From Octopus sinensis (taxonomy: Eukaryota): DNA of 64,000 nt. A program made the translations under genes and the position numbers. Shown here piece by piece: positions 12,806 to 25,632 of the stretch. Where the stretch lies: assembly GCF_006345805.1 (NCBI RefSeq), contig NC_043010.1, positions 55,862,001-55,926,000 of the forward strand, read 5' to 3'. A model generated the notes under the pieces. It was not told where the DNA came from. It saw only the letters and a program-made list of their open reading frames with translations, and made no database searches. The stretch's first letter is position 1. Each line of letters opens with the position of its first letter.

Positions 12806-13079
12806 TATATATATATAAAGTCGAATTTAAAGTTAAAGAATTAAGGCTTAGAAAGTAGGTGCTAAATGCAGTATTCAAACCTTGTTTCAGGGTAAGCTCC
12901 AGGTAGTGTGTCTGCAGAGCACGTTCACCACTTATGGCTATCAGGCGTCATCAGCGATACCGTGCGTCCGTCGTCGGATCTATGTCCGAAATTTCGAGGT
13001 GCACGTAGGGTATATTTTAAAAGAAGCATTTATTAGTCCGACAGTCATTTCGGCTTCATACTGCACTGCTCCCTAGCAG

Positions 13080-13136
13080 GCGTGGAACGATGCAATAACA
13101 CCAGATGCACCGCACAGTGCAAAAGAGCCTCCTCAG
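13080..13136 (+). CDS. Candidate host exon (AWNDAITPDAPHSAKEPPQ)
   Basis: ctgctccctagcag| acceptor, cag|gtgaca donor (weak), 57 nt open, phase 0/0. Confidence 0.2.
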
Positions 13137-13492
13137 GTGACATGCGATGCTTCACAAGTTCAGAAATTTACATTTCGATTTCGCTTCAAGCAATATTGTT
13201 GGTGATGAGAGATTCTAGCAGTTCAGATCTATTTGTTACAGTGAGAAAGAATTGGTTAAGAAGAAAATGAAAGGATAAAAACACAAAGCATCTAAGATGA
13301 ATCGGGCTGGGGGGCGTTTGTGGTGAATAAGTCATTGTTACAAAAAAAGTAAAAATTACAAAGAATCTTGCGAATACGGAGGGGCATTAGATTGAACAGC
13401 TCCAGCGTGTGTAAGCTTTTGATGTCTGGCTAGGGCAGTCAAGCACAACACCACAGTCAGCTTCAGGTCTTTAGACCTTGTGGCTGCCTACG

Positions 13493-13495
<3 letters not shown>

Positions 13496-13542
<47 letters not shown>
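13496..13542. repeat. (CA)n microsatellite
   Basis: Pure CA run. Confidence 0.95.
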
Positions 13543-13543
<1 letters not shown>

Positions 13544-13706
13544 TCAAATAAGAATTAGAAGCACTTCGATGGATGTAAACAATATCGTGTACATATAGCT
13601 TAGGTTTTTGTCGATAGTTATATCTAGGTCACAGCTAACATTTGACGTTATTAGAATCTCTCCCGGTGGAAGAGAATAGAATTGTTTAAGTAATCGTCTC
13701 TTCCAG

Positions 13707-13768
13707 AATGGAATAGCACAAGTTTTAACCTCGTTTAACAGAGTTTCTCATTGGATCGTAGCACACAG
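13707..13768 (+). CDS. Candidate host exon (NGIAQVLTSFNRVSHWIVAH)
   Basis: cgtctcttccag| acceptor, cag|gtaaga donor, 62 nt open, phase 0/2. Confidence 0.3.
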
Positions 13769-14835
13769 GTAAGACTGGAGTTTGTCTGGTACCTGGACCA
13801 TTGATGACATTTTGTATTGTGAAAGAAACGTTTACTGTGTTTGATGACATTTCTAATGTCATTTATGTCAGTAATAACGGGAAGTGGACCGTAGCTCACA
13901 TTTAAATTCTGCGAATATTAAATGGTGTGTATGTGTGTGTATGTGAGAGTACTCACACATTTATTCATGAAAATACCTATCTATATACACAAACCTATAC
14001 TTGTAAGGAATAGTATCAATTTTCTCTCTCCCCATCTCTTTCTTTATGTGTGTGTGTGTCTTGACAAGCTAATAAATCCAGAGACAACACATGTGACCAG
14101 TGCACTATTTGTAAAATGCATATCATTAAGTCAGACATCTTGCAATTCAACCTATAAGTACATTTAACAAACACATCTTTCTTTTAAACATTTATTGAAA
14201 CATGACCGAGTTCTTGCTTATTTTGATATCAAAATTTTGTTCATATATTCCTACAAGTATCTTACAATTTGCCTGCAACAGAAAATTTCTTCAACCAGTC
14301 ATCAATGTTTCTAGATCTGTTTCATCTTCAGAAGGAAGTGATGTTGCATTGTGTTACCGCATCATTATGGTAGAGAAGTTCGTTGTGATTGGTGTAGACA
14401 TTACGACCTGAATTTCAAGTTAAACCAATTATATGTCATCCATCAGACGTCTATTTTTGCATGTGACCACCGAATGTTGCCTGTTTATTATAGTATTATG
14501 TTTTACTAAAAGTACTGTATCCATCATTAATTGTAAGTTTTCTGGGGAATTCCGTAAAAAACAGACGTGATGTTTAATAGAGTGTTTTTAAAGTATTGTA
14601 CCGAATGGTGTAATGCTTTACAATTACTCGTATATTTATGGTAAACCAACGAGCTTTTGTGGTAAATAGAACAATTATAGTCGTGAAGTTTACAACTTGT
14701 ACTTATATAATGATAAAATAATAGAATGCGGCGAGACTTGTGGTATTCTACTTTGGTAAAAAATGTATATAAAGTTTCTTAAGTTTGTGTGCAATAGCGA
14801 GAAGAGAATATGACATTTCGGATAAAGCCCTTCTT

Positions 14836-14869
<34 letters not shown>

Positions 14870-15065
14870 GGGTTTTTCATCGCCCTTAGTGCATGAGAGA
14901 TTGGACATAAAGGAGAATGATAGAAAATGGCGAAGAATTAGTAATTGTACGAAGTGGGGAAAGAATTTGGGAGGGGAGTGGAAAGGAAATAAGAGCGACG
15001 AAGGAGAGGAGTGTTGAACGCAAAGGAATGGTAGATTTAAGGCAATATTAACAAATATGCCAATA

Positions 15066-15375
15066 TGCATGTCTCAGTGGTTAGAATGTCGGGTTGACAA
15101 TCATGAGGTAGTGAGTCCAAATCCGCTGCAGACGTCACTGGAGCCAAGCTGTGTTGGCGTTTGCTTTTCCTTTGGACAACATCAGTCCAATGTGGTGAGG
15201 GAAGGCTGGTCTGCATGGGCGACTGCTGGTCTTCCACAAACAACCACGCCCGGGTTTGTGTCTCAGAGGGTTGCCATGGTCATTCACGACCGAAGGTGGT
15301 CTTTACCCGTTTCCATATCAAATACTGAAAGATGGTATACAGAGGGAGCAAATGTTTTGAAGAGCACGTGTTAGT
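15066..15375 (+). mobile_element. Degenerate tRNA-derived SINE, related to 36790-37135
   Basis: A-box-like ctcagtggttag head and shared core gggcgactgctggtcttcc..aacaacc. Confidence 0.6.
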
Positions 15376-15948
15376 CGAGAATTCATTGAAAAACTTAGTG
15401 AAGAAGGTGCATTAAAGCGATCATTCAGGCGACCGTTTCACCAGTTTTTATATATGCCATCGCAGCGTTTGCATATTATGTTGATGAAGATGGAGCTGAG
15501 GCTTTGAGTGATTCGATACAGGGTGCTGGCATTAGCATTGTGGCGTTATTGGTTGACATAACGTGTAGCGAACCCACTTGAAAACAGCTGGTTGAGTATG
15601 GCTGGGGGTGGCGAGGCTAAGCAGCTTTCTAACTAGAAGGTTGTGGAGATTCTTGTCTCTTTTGAGGCGAGTTAATGTGATCAGGACTGAAATTCGTTAA
15701 GTGCTGCAAATATATTTACATAAGCGTTAAAGGTTATGATAGCGGGCGCTTGTGCAATGCATACTGGGAACGAGCTGGAAACCACGTGATTACGAAGCGA
15801 ACTTCTAAACTACAAATTCATACAAGTTGTTAACAGTAACTTCACTATTTTCCAATGACGCTGCTAACTATTTGCGCTATGTAAATGTTAAAGTAACTGG
15901 CTGGGACTGGAGTAGAGAAGGAGGAAGCAGTGATCTTTTGTAACTCAC

Positions 15949-16053
15949 CTGTCTGACATACTTCCTCTGTAGATATCGTCCTCCACCAAACCTCTAACAT
16001 CAACAAACAATTGAAGGATTGTCAAGTATATCTCCACACAAGTCAATTACACA
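15949..16053 (-). other. Candidate minus-strand exon, non-coding or ATG-containing
   Basis: ttctgttcctttctctaaag| acceptor and cag|gtgagt donor; no frame is fully open; ATG TCA GAC near the 3' end. Confidence 0.2.
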
Positions 16054-16593
16054 CTTTAGAGAAAGGAACAGAAACGATAAGAATGTGATCGAGGTGGGGG
16101 AGGCGCCGCCCTACATTTTTGTTCAGCCATGTGTCTAACAGTCACCTTCAATGGAGCATTTTGTCATTTTGACGTTTTTACATGTGTCTGTCTGATCAAT
16201 AATCTTGTCAAGTTTAATTAGTTCCGACAAATATTATTGCAAATTGCACACGTGGGTTGCTGTTTGGCTTTTGATTAAGTCATGACTTAGAGAAGCAAAC
16301 ATCTTAAGTATGTTGCGATTGTTATTTTGTCTGGACTCGGACTAAAGCGAGCCGAGTTAATACAAGAATTATAGTTATTAGTTAATAATCTGGCAAATCT
16401 TATACAGATGATCAGGTGATGCTTAATTCTAGGTTAATCATGAACACTCCTAACGCTCTACGAAAGCTGGAATAATTGATTTCATTGTGCCAGAAGAAAA
16501 TGCTTGCTACCCAACCATGTTGTTCTTTTAAGAATGGATTGTATCGATATATAACACATAATATACAAACGCACATGCACACGTTCACAATCA

Positions 16594-16703
16594 TGTACAT
16601 ACATACGTACATACATACATACATACGTACGTACGTACGTACGTACGTACATACATACATACATACATACATACATACATACATACATACATACATACAT
16701 ACA

Positions 16704-16735
<32 letters not shown>
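16594..16735. repeat. (TACA)n / (CGTA)n microsatellite
   Basis: Tetranucleotide array. Confidence 0.95.
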
Positions 16736-17435
16736 CGCATGCATAAGTCTCTCTCCTTATGTATATTATGAATGTCTATATACAAATACATACATGTATG
16801 TATGTATGTATGTATGTGTGTGTGTGTGTAAAGATTAATATTATTCAAAATATGTACATTAGTACATACACAGATGCTTTAGGGAGAACTCGACGCAAGA
16901 GTCCAGCAGAATTACCTGAAGCCATTTTCATAGAAATATATCCCTAGATAGACTTATGTCCGAAATCACTTTGGATATTTGCCCTGGAATGGATCTGATT
17001 TCATCATTTAAAACTAATTTATCAACGGAAGAGTTACAAGTAAAAAGACACTAATCACAGCACATCAAACTTATTAAATACAAATAATATAGGACTATGG
17101 TAGTCACGGTTTTTTTAAAATTCAATCCATGGCTCAATCGTTACGTGGAAAGTTTTGCAATCATAAGAGCTCAGTTTTGATCCAACTGAATGTGTTTTAC
17201 CATTGGCTTATGTCGATACTCAAGATAACAGAAACTCACGAGTGTGAAGTTTACAAAGCTAAAAAGAGACCAAGAAAAACAAGGAACATAACAACAAAAA
17301 TTCAAAATGTAAAACTTCACACTAGGGTGGAAAACTACCCAGGATAATTCCTTGCTAGTCTTACCACTGTCAGTCAACTTTCGTTAAACACATTAGAAAA
17401 TAACACTTCCTTCTCCAGTCTTATTTTCTTCATAG

Positions 17436-17497
17436 GAAAAAAATTGTGGGAAGCTTAATCAGAGATAAAAAAAAATGTTTATCTTCAAATCTTTCAG
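17436..17497 (+). CDS. Candidate host exon (KKIVGSLIRDKKKCLSSNLS)
   Basis: Long pyrimidine tract cttccttctccagtcttattttcttcatag|, consensus cag|gtaagt donor, one open frame, phase 2/1. Confidence 0.3.
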
Positions 17498-19159
17498 GTA
17501 AGTCCATGACACCACTTCTTTTGTGATAGCCACGAGGTGATAGAAAACTAGCTGTTCTTCCTTGTTAAACAAAGATGGCGGGTCGATAGCTGAATTCATC
17601 CCACACATAACAGTAGCTTTTCAACGCACGAATCAAATCGGTGATGCCTGGGTCCTGTACAAGAGGATCTCGTTGCCCTGTGCGCATCTCGAACAAATCC
17701 AGCAGTTGGCACTTCTGTTCCTGTAGAGCTTTTCTCGAACAGAAGATGCCTTTCTATCGTAGCACTAGCAATACCAAAGAAGTTTGCAAGCTCTCCAATG
17801 TTACCGAATTGAGAGTCATCAGAAAAAAATGCCCATTTTCTCCTCGTCGACGGTCAGGAGAGCTTACAGGCAATTGTCTCCTCCACTAACCTAGAAGATG
17901 AGATCGCCTCCGTTTTCGTTGTCGTAATAGTGAAGATGTTAGTCTTTAGTTACGTTAGCCTCATTCACTGTCTGGTTGCTCTTATGTCGATATTATCAAC
18001 AAGCATTGCACATATATCAAATAAAATACTTTTAACAAAACAGAATATGCAGCAGGCAAAACAAGACACACACACCTACGCTCGGCTGTGCCGTGGAAGA
18101 ACGAAATAACAATAGAAGGACGGAAAAATAACATTAATGTTTTTGAAAGAAGGACGACGAGTAGATGACATTACAAAGACAGGGGGAAATCTAGTGAGGA
18201 AGAGGTCAGAACGAATGGAAATCAACAATCGAAGTGGTGGGGGCATGTATTGAAAAATATGAAATAGAGAAATATAAAAAAATATGAAAATGTAAGTCCT
18301 AAAATGGAGAAAGCCATCTGGGGCAAAACAGGGCATTTCACGGAGCCCTAAATATCTTTCAAGTACCTTCTACCTGCCAGGCAATTAGAAACGTTATATT
18401 GTTATTTGAAACATTCACCTAAATCCGGTTGGTCAATTTTATTCTATAAATGATACTTTAAAGAAAAGTAAGTGACGACAACTTGGCCGTCAGGCAGGGA
18501 AACAAAGATCAATGGTGGACAGCAAAGTAAAATGATCGATAAGAAACGATACACGTTACTAATACTGCAACCACCACCTGTCGCCGCTGCCACTGCTGCT
18601 ACAACCAGCACCACTACCATCGTTGCTACTACAACTACTACTACTACTGGTGCTGTTGTTTCCACTGTGAGTACTTAGCGACTGTTGCTAGGATAGGGAT
18701 GTAAATACACACACGTTATTGCAACTTATGAATTATCAGGACACAGACGCAAAAGAATAATGTGCAGAGTACGAAATTTAATGTGTGTGTGTGTGATGAT
18801 ATTTGAATATCATGAGATTGAAATACATTTAACCTCGTTTATCACGGGAATTTGATTCTAAAAACAACGTGTTAAATAAATCGCTGATAAATGCGAAAAA
18901 GTATATAAGGGAAAAATAGGTTTCATCCGGTGACTCCTTGTTGTTCCCCTAATCCTAACCCAAATAACAGCTGGCAACTATTTTTAATCACACATAATGA
19001 TATTGTTTCACGGTTGGGATAATGTTAACAAAATTTAATAACATTCAACAATAAAAAGAAAACTGAAAAATAAATAACAAGCTCTCATCTTGGGTGATGC
19101 AGTGAGATGCGGTTGAAGTTATCCTGAACATCTTCCGCGTTATTAGTATTATTATCAAA

Positions 19160-19369
19160 GGTGGCGAGCTGGCAGACTCATTAACATGCAGCACGAAATG
19201 CTTAGCAGGATTTCGTCAGCCGTTACGTTCTGAGTTCAAATTCCGCCGAGGTCGACTTTGCCTTTCATCCTTTAAGGGTCGATGAATTAAGTACCAGTTG
19301 TGTACTGGAGTCGATGTAATTGACTATCCCCCTCCCCAAATTTCAGGCCTTGTGCCCATAGTAGGAAGG

Positions 19370-19404
<35 letters not shown>

Positions 19405-19458
19405 TATTATTATTATTATTATTATTATATTATTATTATTATCATCATCATCATCATC
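19160..19458 (+). mobile_element. tRNA-derived SINE with (ATT)n/(CAT)n tail
   Basis: ggcgagctggcag..gttctgagttcaaattccgccgaggtcgactttgcctttcatcc..gtcgat..aagtacc; same family as the copies at 19461, 19915, 33387-34002 and 59125. Confidence 0.9.
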
Positions 19459-19460
19459 AA

Positions 19461-19690
19461 AAGCGACGAGTTGGCAGCATCATTAACATGCAAGACGAAA
19501 CGCTTGGTGGTATTTCGTTTGCTGCTACGTTCTGAGTTCAAATTCCGCCGGCGTCGACTTTGCCTTTTATCCTTTCGGGGTCGATTAAATAAGTAGTAGC
19601 TGAGTATTGGAGTCGATGTAATCGATACATCCCCTCCCCCAAAATGGCTGGCCTTGTGCCAAAAATTGAAGCCAGTATTATTCTTATTAT
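19461..19690 (+). mobile_element. SINE, second copy inserted in the tail of the first
   Basis: Same consensus as 19160. Confidence 0.88.
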
Positions 19691-19739
19691 TTTGGTTTGT
19701 CTCAGGTTGGGTCTTATTCATCGTAGGAGATATATGTGG

Positions 19740-20290
19740 GTCGCGGGTTACTAACTGTAACCTTAGGAATCCACAAGTTTTCAGCTCCCTTTCAAATGCT
19801 TAGAACCCTCCTGACAATCCTTGCTGTCCTCAAGAGACAAACTTCTTGTAGGCGCTCTACCGGACATTCTATTCCAATCTCCTTCAAACATTTGTCTAAA
19901 TCTGTGTTTACGGTGAGGCGGCGCGCCGGGCGAAATGCTTAGCGGTATTTCGTATGTCGTCACGTTCTGAGTTCAAATTCCGCCGAGGTCGACTTTGCCT
20001 TTATCCTCTCGGGGTCGATAAATAAAGTACCAGTTTCGCACTGGGTCGGTGTAATCGACTTAATCCCTTTGTCTGTCCTTGTTTGTACCTCTATGTTTAG
20101 CCCCTTGTGGGTAGTAAAGAAATATATAGCTGTGTTTACGGTTCCCAACGCACCAATTTTTGTAGGAACGACCTTTAATGTTCCCATGCTCCAAATTCTT
20201 CCTATTTCAAATTTTAAGGTGTTCTATTTCTTCTTCTTCTTTCTTTACGACCCTGGAACCAAACGGGCAGGATGTGTCGATAAGTGAGCA
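19740..20290 (-). mobile_element. R4/Dong-like non-LTR retrotransposon C-terminus (REL endonuclease), split by a SINE
   Basis: CSLIDTSCPFGSRVVKKEEEEIEHLKFEIGRIW..VVPTKIGALGTVNT, continuing after the SINE as DLDKCLKEIGIECPVERLQEVCLLRTARIVRRVL. Confidence 0.75.
19915..20129 (+). mobile_element. SINE with 13-bp target-site duplication
   Basis: ctgtgtttacggt at 19902-19914 and 20130-20142. Confidence 0.92.
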
Positions 20291-20439
20291 ACATTGGCCG
20301 GCTGTGTTCTTGGAGATTCTTTTATGTTGAAAAATGACTTCTACTCTGATGATTACAGTCTTTTATAATGATGTAATGTTCTCATTCTTCTATTAAAAGT
20401 TACATAAGAGACAGCTATAATCAGCTGACAATTATCCAT

Positions 20440-20825
20440 CGTACATTGTGCGATGGGTGGATTGTCGCCATTTTATATTTTTAATTTCGCGCATGCGCAT
20501 GGTTTGGTTTTGATTTTGTCGACTACAGAGTATAGTAGGGCACCGTTTGTGAGAAAACCATGGCACAATTCACTCTGTCAGAAATTTGGAAACGACGAGC
20601 AGTTCTGCTTAGCATTCGCTGCAATACGAACATTTCAGAGTGTTTGGGTGTCAATCTGAGGACGGTGAGGAGGATTCGTAAAGAGTTGGATGAGTCTAAT
20701 GGTGATGGCAAAGGTACGGCAGCTCGGAAAACTCACTCTGATCGTTCTGATAAGAAAAGAACTCCTGAATTTGTTAGTGAGATCCAGGTCATGATTGGCA
20801 AAGATCGCTTCAAGTCAATCAGGTC
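20440..20825 (+). mobile_element. Tc1/mariner (maT/DD37D-like) 5' fragment
   Basis: MAQFTLSEIWKRRA..NISECLGVNLRTVRRIRKEL..ARKTHSDRSDKKRTPEFV; same N-terminus as the copy at 35343-36130. Confidence 0.8.
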
Positions 20826-20829
20826 CATC

Positions 20830-21975
20830 GCCAGGAACAGCCACAAACTATCATATCTCTCACAATTCCTACGACCTATGATAGAATTATCTACAGATGT
20901 ATCTGATAGTACTGACGACCTCCTTAACAGGATCCGCGAATGCAACAACACATGCGACATCAGTGACCACATCGTAGATAGCATGGATGTGGTATCACTA
21001 TATACTTCCATTGCTATCGAGTTAATTTGTGAGAGTAATATGATATTTAAAAACGTGGATGTATATGAACTAGGCCTCTTCCTGACCCCGACTTGTACCG
21101 GCGAATATCTGTCATGCAATAATCTTGTATATGCTTTTCCCACCCAGCAATGTCGAGGACTACCAAAATCAACATCCTCGTGGCAGAGTAATGAGGAACG
21201 TATCCCCACTATGCCAACCACAAGAACAACAACAACACATCCAGCACTACACATTCCGAATGCATCGTTCCGGATACACACAGTACGATAGAATCAGAGT
21301 GTACAAAGGAGCGGAAACGAGATTCGAACGCATTCTAAGAGATGACGAAAATGGTATATGCCCTCTATACCGCAACAAGTTCTGGAATTGGTTGGAGAGG
21401 GACACCAACAAAAGAAATAAGAATAATACTTACTATGGTAACAAGAAATTTCACAGTGTAATGTTTATTGACGCTACACCCAGGAACAAATTAAGTAAGG
21501 CATTCAAGAAAATCCTGTGCACAACTGGCCTTAAGATCAAAATTGTAGAAACGACAGCTAGGATTTATCAAATCTGTATTAAGTAAATCATACCCATTTG
21601 ATAGAATCACGTGTCAGAATAATTGTGCAGTATGTTCTACAAACCCACATATGAACTGTAAAAAGAAAACCACTGTATACCAGATTAAGTGCCTTAGAAG
21701 GGGCTTGCGCGATTATCCCAGAGTCATCATATTGGTGAGACCTCTAGCAGCATCAATGATAGGTTCAAAGAACACCTGGACAACTACATTGATAAAAAAA
21801 ACTCCATCTTCTATTAGCATTCTGCAGACTGTCACAATAGCTCCTTAGGGAGACTTAGGTTAGACATCTTATCTACACATCCCACTGATGCAAAGCTGTC
21901 TGTATACAAGAATACAGACTCACTCTCAACTGTAAATCCGAATGGGGTAACACCCAGACTCCACTCGGGAGTACC
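20830..21975 (+). mobile_element. Penelope-like element remnant (partial RT, GIY-YIG endonuclease)
   Basis: SMDVVSLYTSI (RT); RMHRSGY..R; Cys-rich linker C..NC.VC..C; VYQIKC..YIGETS..RFKEH. Confidence 0.85.
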
Positions 21976-22119
21976 CATCTATAACCACTGCTTTCTCCCA
22001 TTTACATGTAGAAATCCATACATACATGTTGAGAGGCATGATACTGAGGTACATATATGTAGTTATAGATAACCGTATGAGTGTACATAGATCGATACGT
22101 ATGTACGCATGTGAAGATG

Positions 22120-22225
22120 TATGTGTGTGTGTACGTGTGAGTATATGTGTGTGTGTACGTGTGAGTATATGTGTGTGTGTACGTGTGAGTATATGTGTGT
22201 GTGTACGTGTGAGTATATGTGTGTG
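22120..22225. repeat. 24-bp minisatellite, about 4 copies
   Basis: Unit gtgagtatatgtgtgtgtgtacgt. Confidence 0.85.
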
Positions 22226-22281
22226 TATGAGTGTGTACATGCATGCACGTATGAGGATGTGCGTAGGTATATATATATATA

Positions 22282-25200
22282 TGCGAAGGAGCTTCAACGC
22301 TATGATCTTGACATCGTTGCTCTATCTGAGACGAGATTACCTGGAGATGGTCATCTTAAAGAATCTTGTGGAAAATATACATTCTTTTGGAAAGGGAGGA
22401 ATGAAAAGTCTAGAGGAGAAGCTGGAGTGGCATTTGCTGTTAAGACTACTCTTGTGGACAAGTTGGAAGAATTCCCAATCGGAATTAATGAGCGTCTTAT
22501 GTCCATGAGAATTTCTTTGTCTAAAGGAAATTATATGACCTTGGTGAGTGTGTATGCTCCAACTATGTGCTATACTGATGACGAAAAACTTTCTTTCTAC
22601 CATGCTTTGAAGGACATTATAAGAAATATCCCTCGGCAGACAGAGTCATCGTACTGGGTGACTTTAATGCTAGAGTGGGTAGGGATTTTAACACCTGGAC
22701 TGTAATTGGAAAGCATGGGGTGGGGAAGTGTAATAGTAATGGCATGCTTTTGCTGCATATGTGTGAGGAGCTGCGTCTGTGTGTTACCAATACCATGTTT
22801 CAACAAAAGAATAAGCTTAAGACTACATGGATGCACCCTACATCTAAAGAATGGCATTACATCCTAGTTAGGGCGCGTGACAGACAGGATGTGCAGTGTG
22901 TTCGTGTTCTTCGTGGAGCTGAGTGTTGGATGACCACCGCTTAGTACGCGCAAAAGTAAAATTAGTCACAAAACATAAAATCCGAGCTGCAGGGATTACC
23001 CTGCCTAAAATACTGAATGTTGATCGTCTTAGGTATAATAGTGTGAAGAGAACTTTACGAGTGGAAATGAATGCTGCAGATATTGGGGAGGATTGGCTGA
23101 CCCTTAAAAAGTCAGTTTATGATATAGACAAGAAAGTTCTGGGATTGATACAAAGAAAGTATCAAGATTGGTTCAAAGAAAATGATGAACATATAGATGA
23201 TTTATTGGCTGATAAAAGACGTATTTTGTCACGCTATTTGTCAGTAAAGCCACAGGAAAGGGAAGTGTTGCATAGGGAACTCAAGGACGAAAAATCACGT
23301 GTGAGGCAAAAGCTCTCTCAGATGAGGGATACGTGGTGGAGTAAGAAGGCATCAGATTCCAATAACACAAAGCTGTTGTATGGTCTCTTGCGAGAAGTTT
23401 ATGGACCGACATCTTCCCTGATGACACCAATTCGAAGCAGGGATGGTAAAGAACTTCTTCGTGATTCACAAGGAATTCTGCGAAGGTGGCAAGAACACTT
23501 TGATGAACTTTTGAATCAGCAGTCTGTAGTTAGTGAGGATGTTCTCAATCTCATCCCTGGATTACCTGTGAAGGCAGCACTCGCAGAACCACCAAAGTTG
23601 GAATAAGTTGCAATGGCTGTCTCAAGGTTGAATAATGGGAAGTCTCCGGGTATGGATGGCATACATGCGGAGTTGTTACAGCATGGTGGTGGGAAACTTC
23701 TGCAGAAACTTCACTCTTTGTTTGGTAAGATATGGACTAGTGAATTTGTACCTGAGGACTGGAGAGATGCAGTAATGGTGGTCCTGTATAAGGGAAAGGG
23801 CAACAGGAATGATTGTGGTAATTATAGGGGAGTATCATTGCTGTCTGTCGTAGGAAAGGTTTTATGCAGGGTACTTCTGGATCGTCTGCTGAAACACGTT
23901 GCAGATTGTGTTCTTCCAGAAAGTCAATCTGGCTTTCATGTGGGACGTGGCACTGCTGATAGGATCTTTTCAGCTAGACAGCTTCAGGAGAAGTGTGTGG
24001 AACAGGGTCTGGATTTGTATCAGGTTTTTGTCTATCTGACAAAAGCCTTTGATACCGTCAATAGAAAAGCATTGTGGAAAGTCCTCCAGAAACTTGGGTG
24101 TCATGAAAAGTTCCTTGCTTTGGTTAGGTCTTTTCATGAAGACATGAATGGTAGGGTGAATGTTAGCGAGAACATGTCGGAGCCCATTTCAATACAAAAT
24201 GGAGTGAAACAGGGGGATATTCTGGCACCGACCCTATTTTCCATATATTTTGCAATGATGTTCTGTATTGCATTCAGAAACTGCAGATACGGTGTTTACG
24301 TCCATTATCGAACCTCTGGCAGCATATTTAATATCAGGCGCCTGGCTGCAAAAACAAAGGTATTTACCTCTATCATAAGGGACCTTTTGTATGCAGATGA
24401 TTGTGAGCTAGTAGCACACACAGAGATTGATATGCAACACATTTTGAATGCATTCTCTGATGCTTGCACTGCCTTAGGATTGACAGTCAATCTCAAGAAA
24501 ACTGTTGTCATGCATCAACCTACCCCTGGTAAGCAGTATAGTGTACCAAATATCTATGTGAATGGTAAACGGCTTGATGCAGTTGATCAGTTTGTCTACC
24601 TGGGAAGCACTATTAATAGATATAGCAATTTGGATGATGAAATTCCATATAGAATTAGGAAAGCAAGTGTTGCTTTCGGAAGGCTAGAAAAGCGCCTCTG
24701 GAGTCGGCGAGACATATGCAGAAAGACAAAGATAAAGGTGTACAAGGCATGTGTGCTCCCTTCTCTTCTCTATGCCTGCGAGACGTGGGTCACATATCGA
24801 TACCACCTTAAACAACTAGAACGTTTCCATCAGATGTGCCTCAGACGGATCTATGGCATTAAGTGGAAGGACTGCATCAGTGATCTTGAAATATTGGAAG
24901 GCTCTCGGTGTGAAAGTATAGAAGCTCTTGTGTTAAAGCAAAGGCTCAGATGGAGTGGTCATCTGGTTAGGATGAAGGATTCAAGGATGCCAAAACAACT
25001 CTTTTATGGAGAGTTAGCTAAAGGAGAACGACCTCCACATAAACCAAAAAAGAGGTATAAGGACTTGCTGAAGGCTTCCTTAAGAGATGCTTGCATCTCT
25101 CCTGACACATGGGAAGGCATAGCTATTGATCGTAGCAGGTGGAGAAGGATTGTGCATGAGGGGACAGCCACTTTTGAGAAATCTCGAGTTGCACATGAGA

Positions 25201-25632
25201 AAGTAAGGAGGGATGTCAGGAAGGGCATCGCTGTTACACTTCCAGAAGGGAAGGGTCTTCCTTTGATGCTGACATGCAATGTCTGTGCAAGACCCTGCCT
25301 CAGTAAAGCTGCACTCAAGAGTCATCTTCGTAGTCATAGAGCGAGACAGATGAGTGACAACCTGGCCACTGGTGGTGGTGTAACACACCATACTAATCAT
25401 ATCTGTCGGGCATGTGGAAGAGAGTGTAATTTGGCAGAAGGACTTAAACGACATGCAAAGATACATGAAGCCCAGTTACAACTACAGCCGGCTATTACCG
25501 GTAAAGGTTTTAGTTGCCAATTCTGTACATTGTAGATCTTTAGCTGGGCTAAAAAGTCACATTCGATCACAGCACCAGTAACAGTTAAGCTTCGTGCAAT
25601 GGCCATACTCGATAACGAGGGGGCAGCCATTA
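22282..25632 (+). mobile_element. RTE-clade LINE, near-complete APE-RT ORF with C-terminal C2H2 fingers
   Basis: DIVALSETR, LVSVYAPT, GDFN-like, TWMHP (APE); GKSPGMDG, YRGVSLL, DLTKAFDTV-like, GVKQG, LYADD, YLGS (RT); (TA)n at both ends. Confidence 0.95.

Noticed and set aside
17480-17503. tttcag|gtaagt as a recursive (ratchet) splice site
   Set aside because: A stronger acceptor 62 nt upstream makes an ordinary short exon the simpler reading; neither is supported without RNA data.
17640-17950. Minus-strand HTH- or transposase-like phrases (FSDDSQF, GELANFFGIASATIERHL)
   Set aside because: Motifs are too short and in an order inconsistent with Tc1/mariner; no family could be assigned.
20346-20390. 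CTGATGA followed by a TTACA/TGTAA stem
   Set aside because: No GAAA or stem III follows, so it is not a hammerhead.
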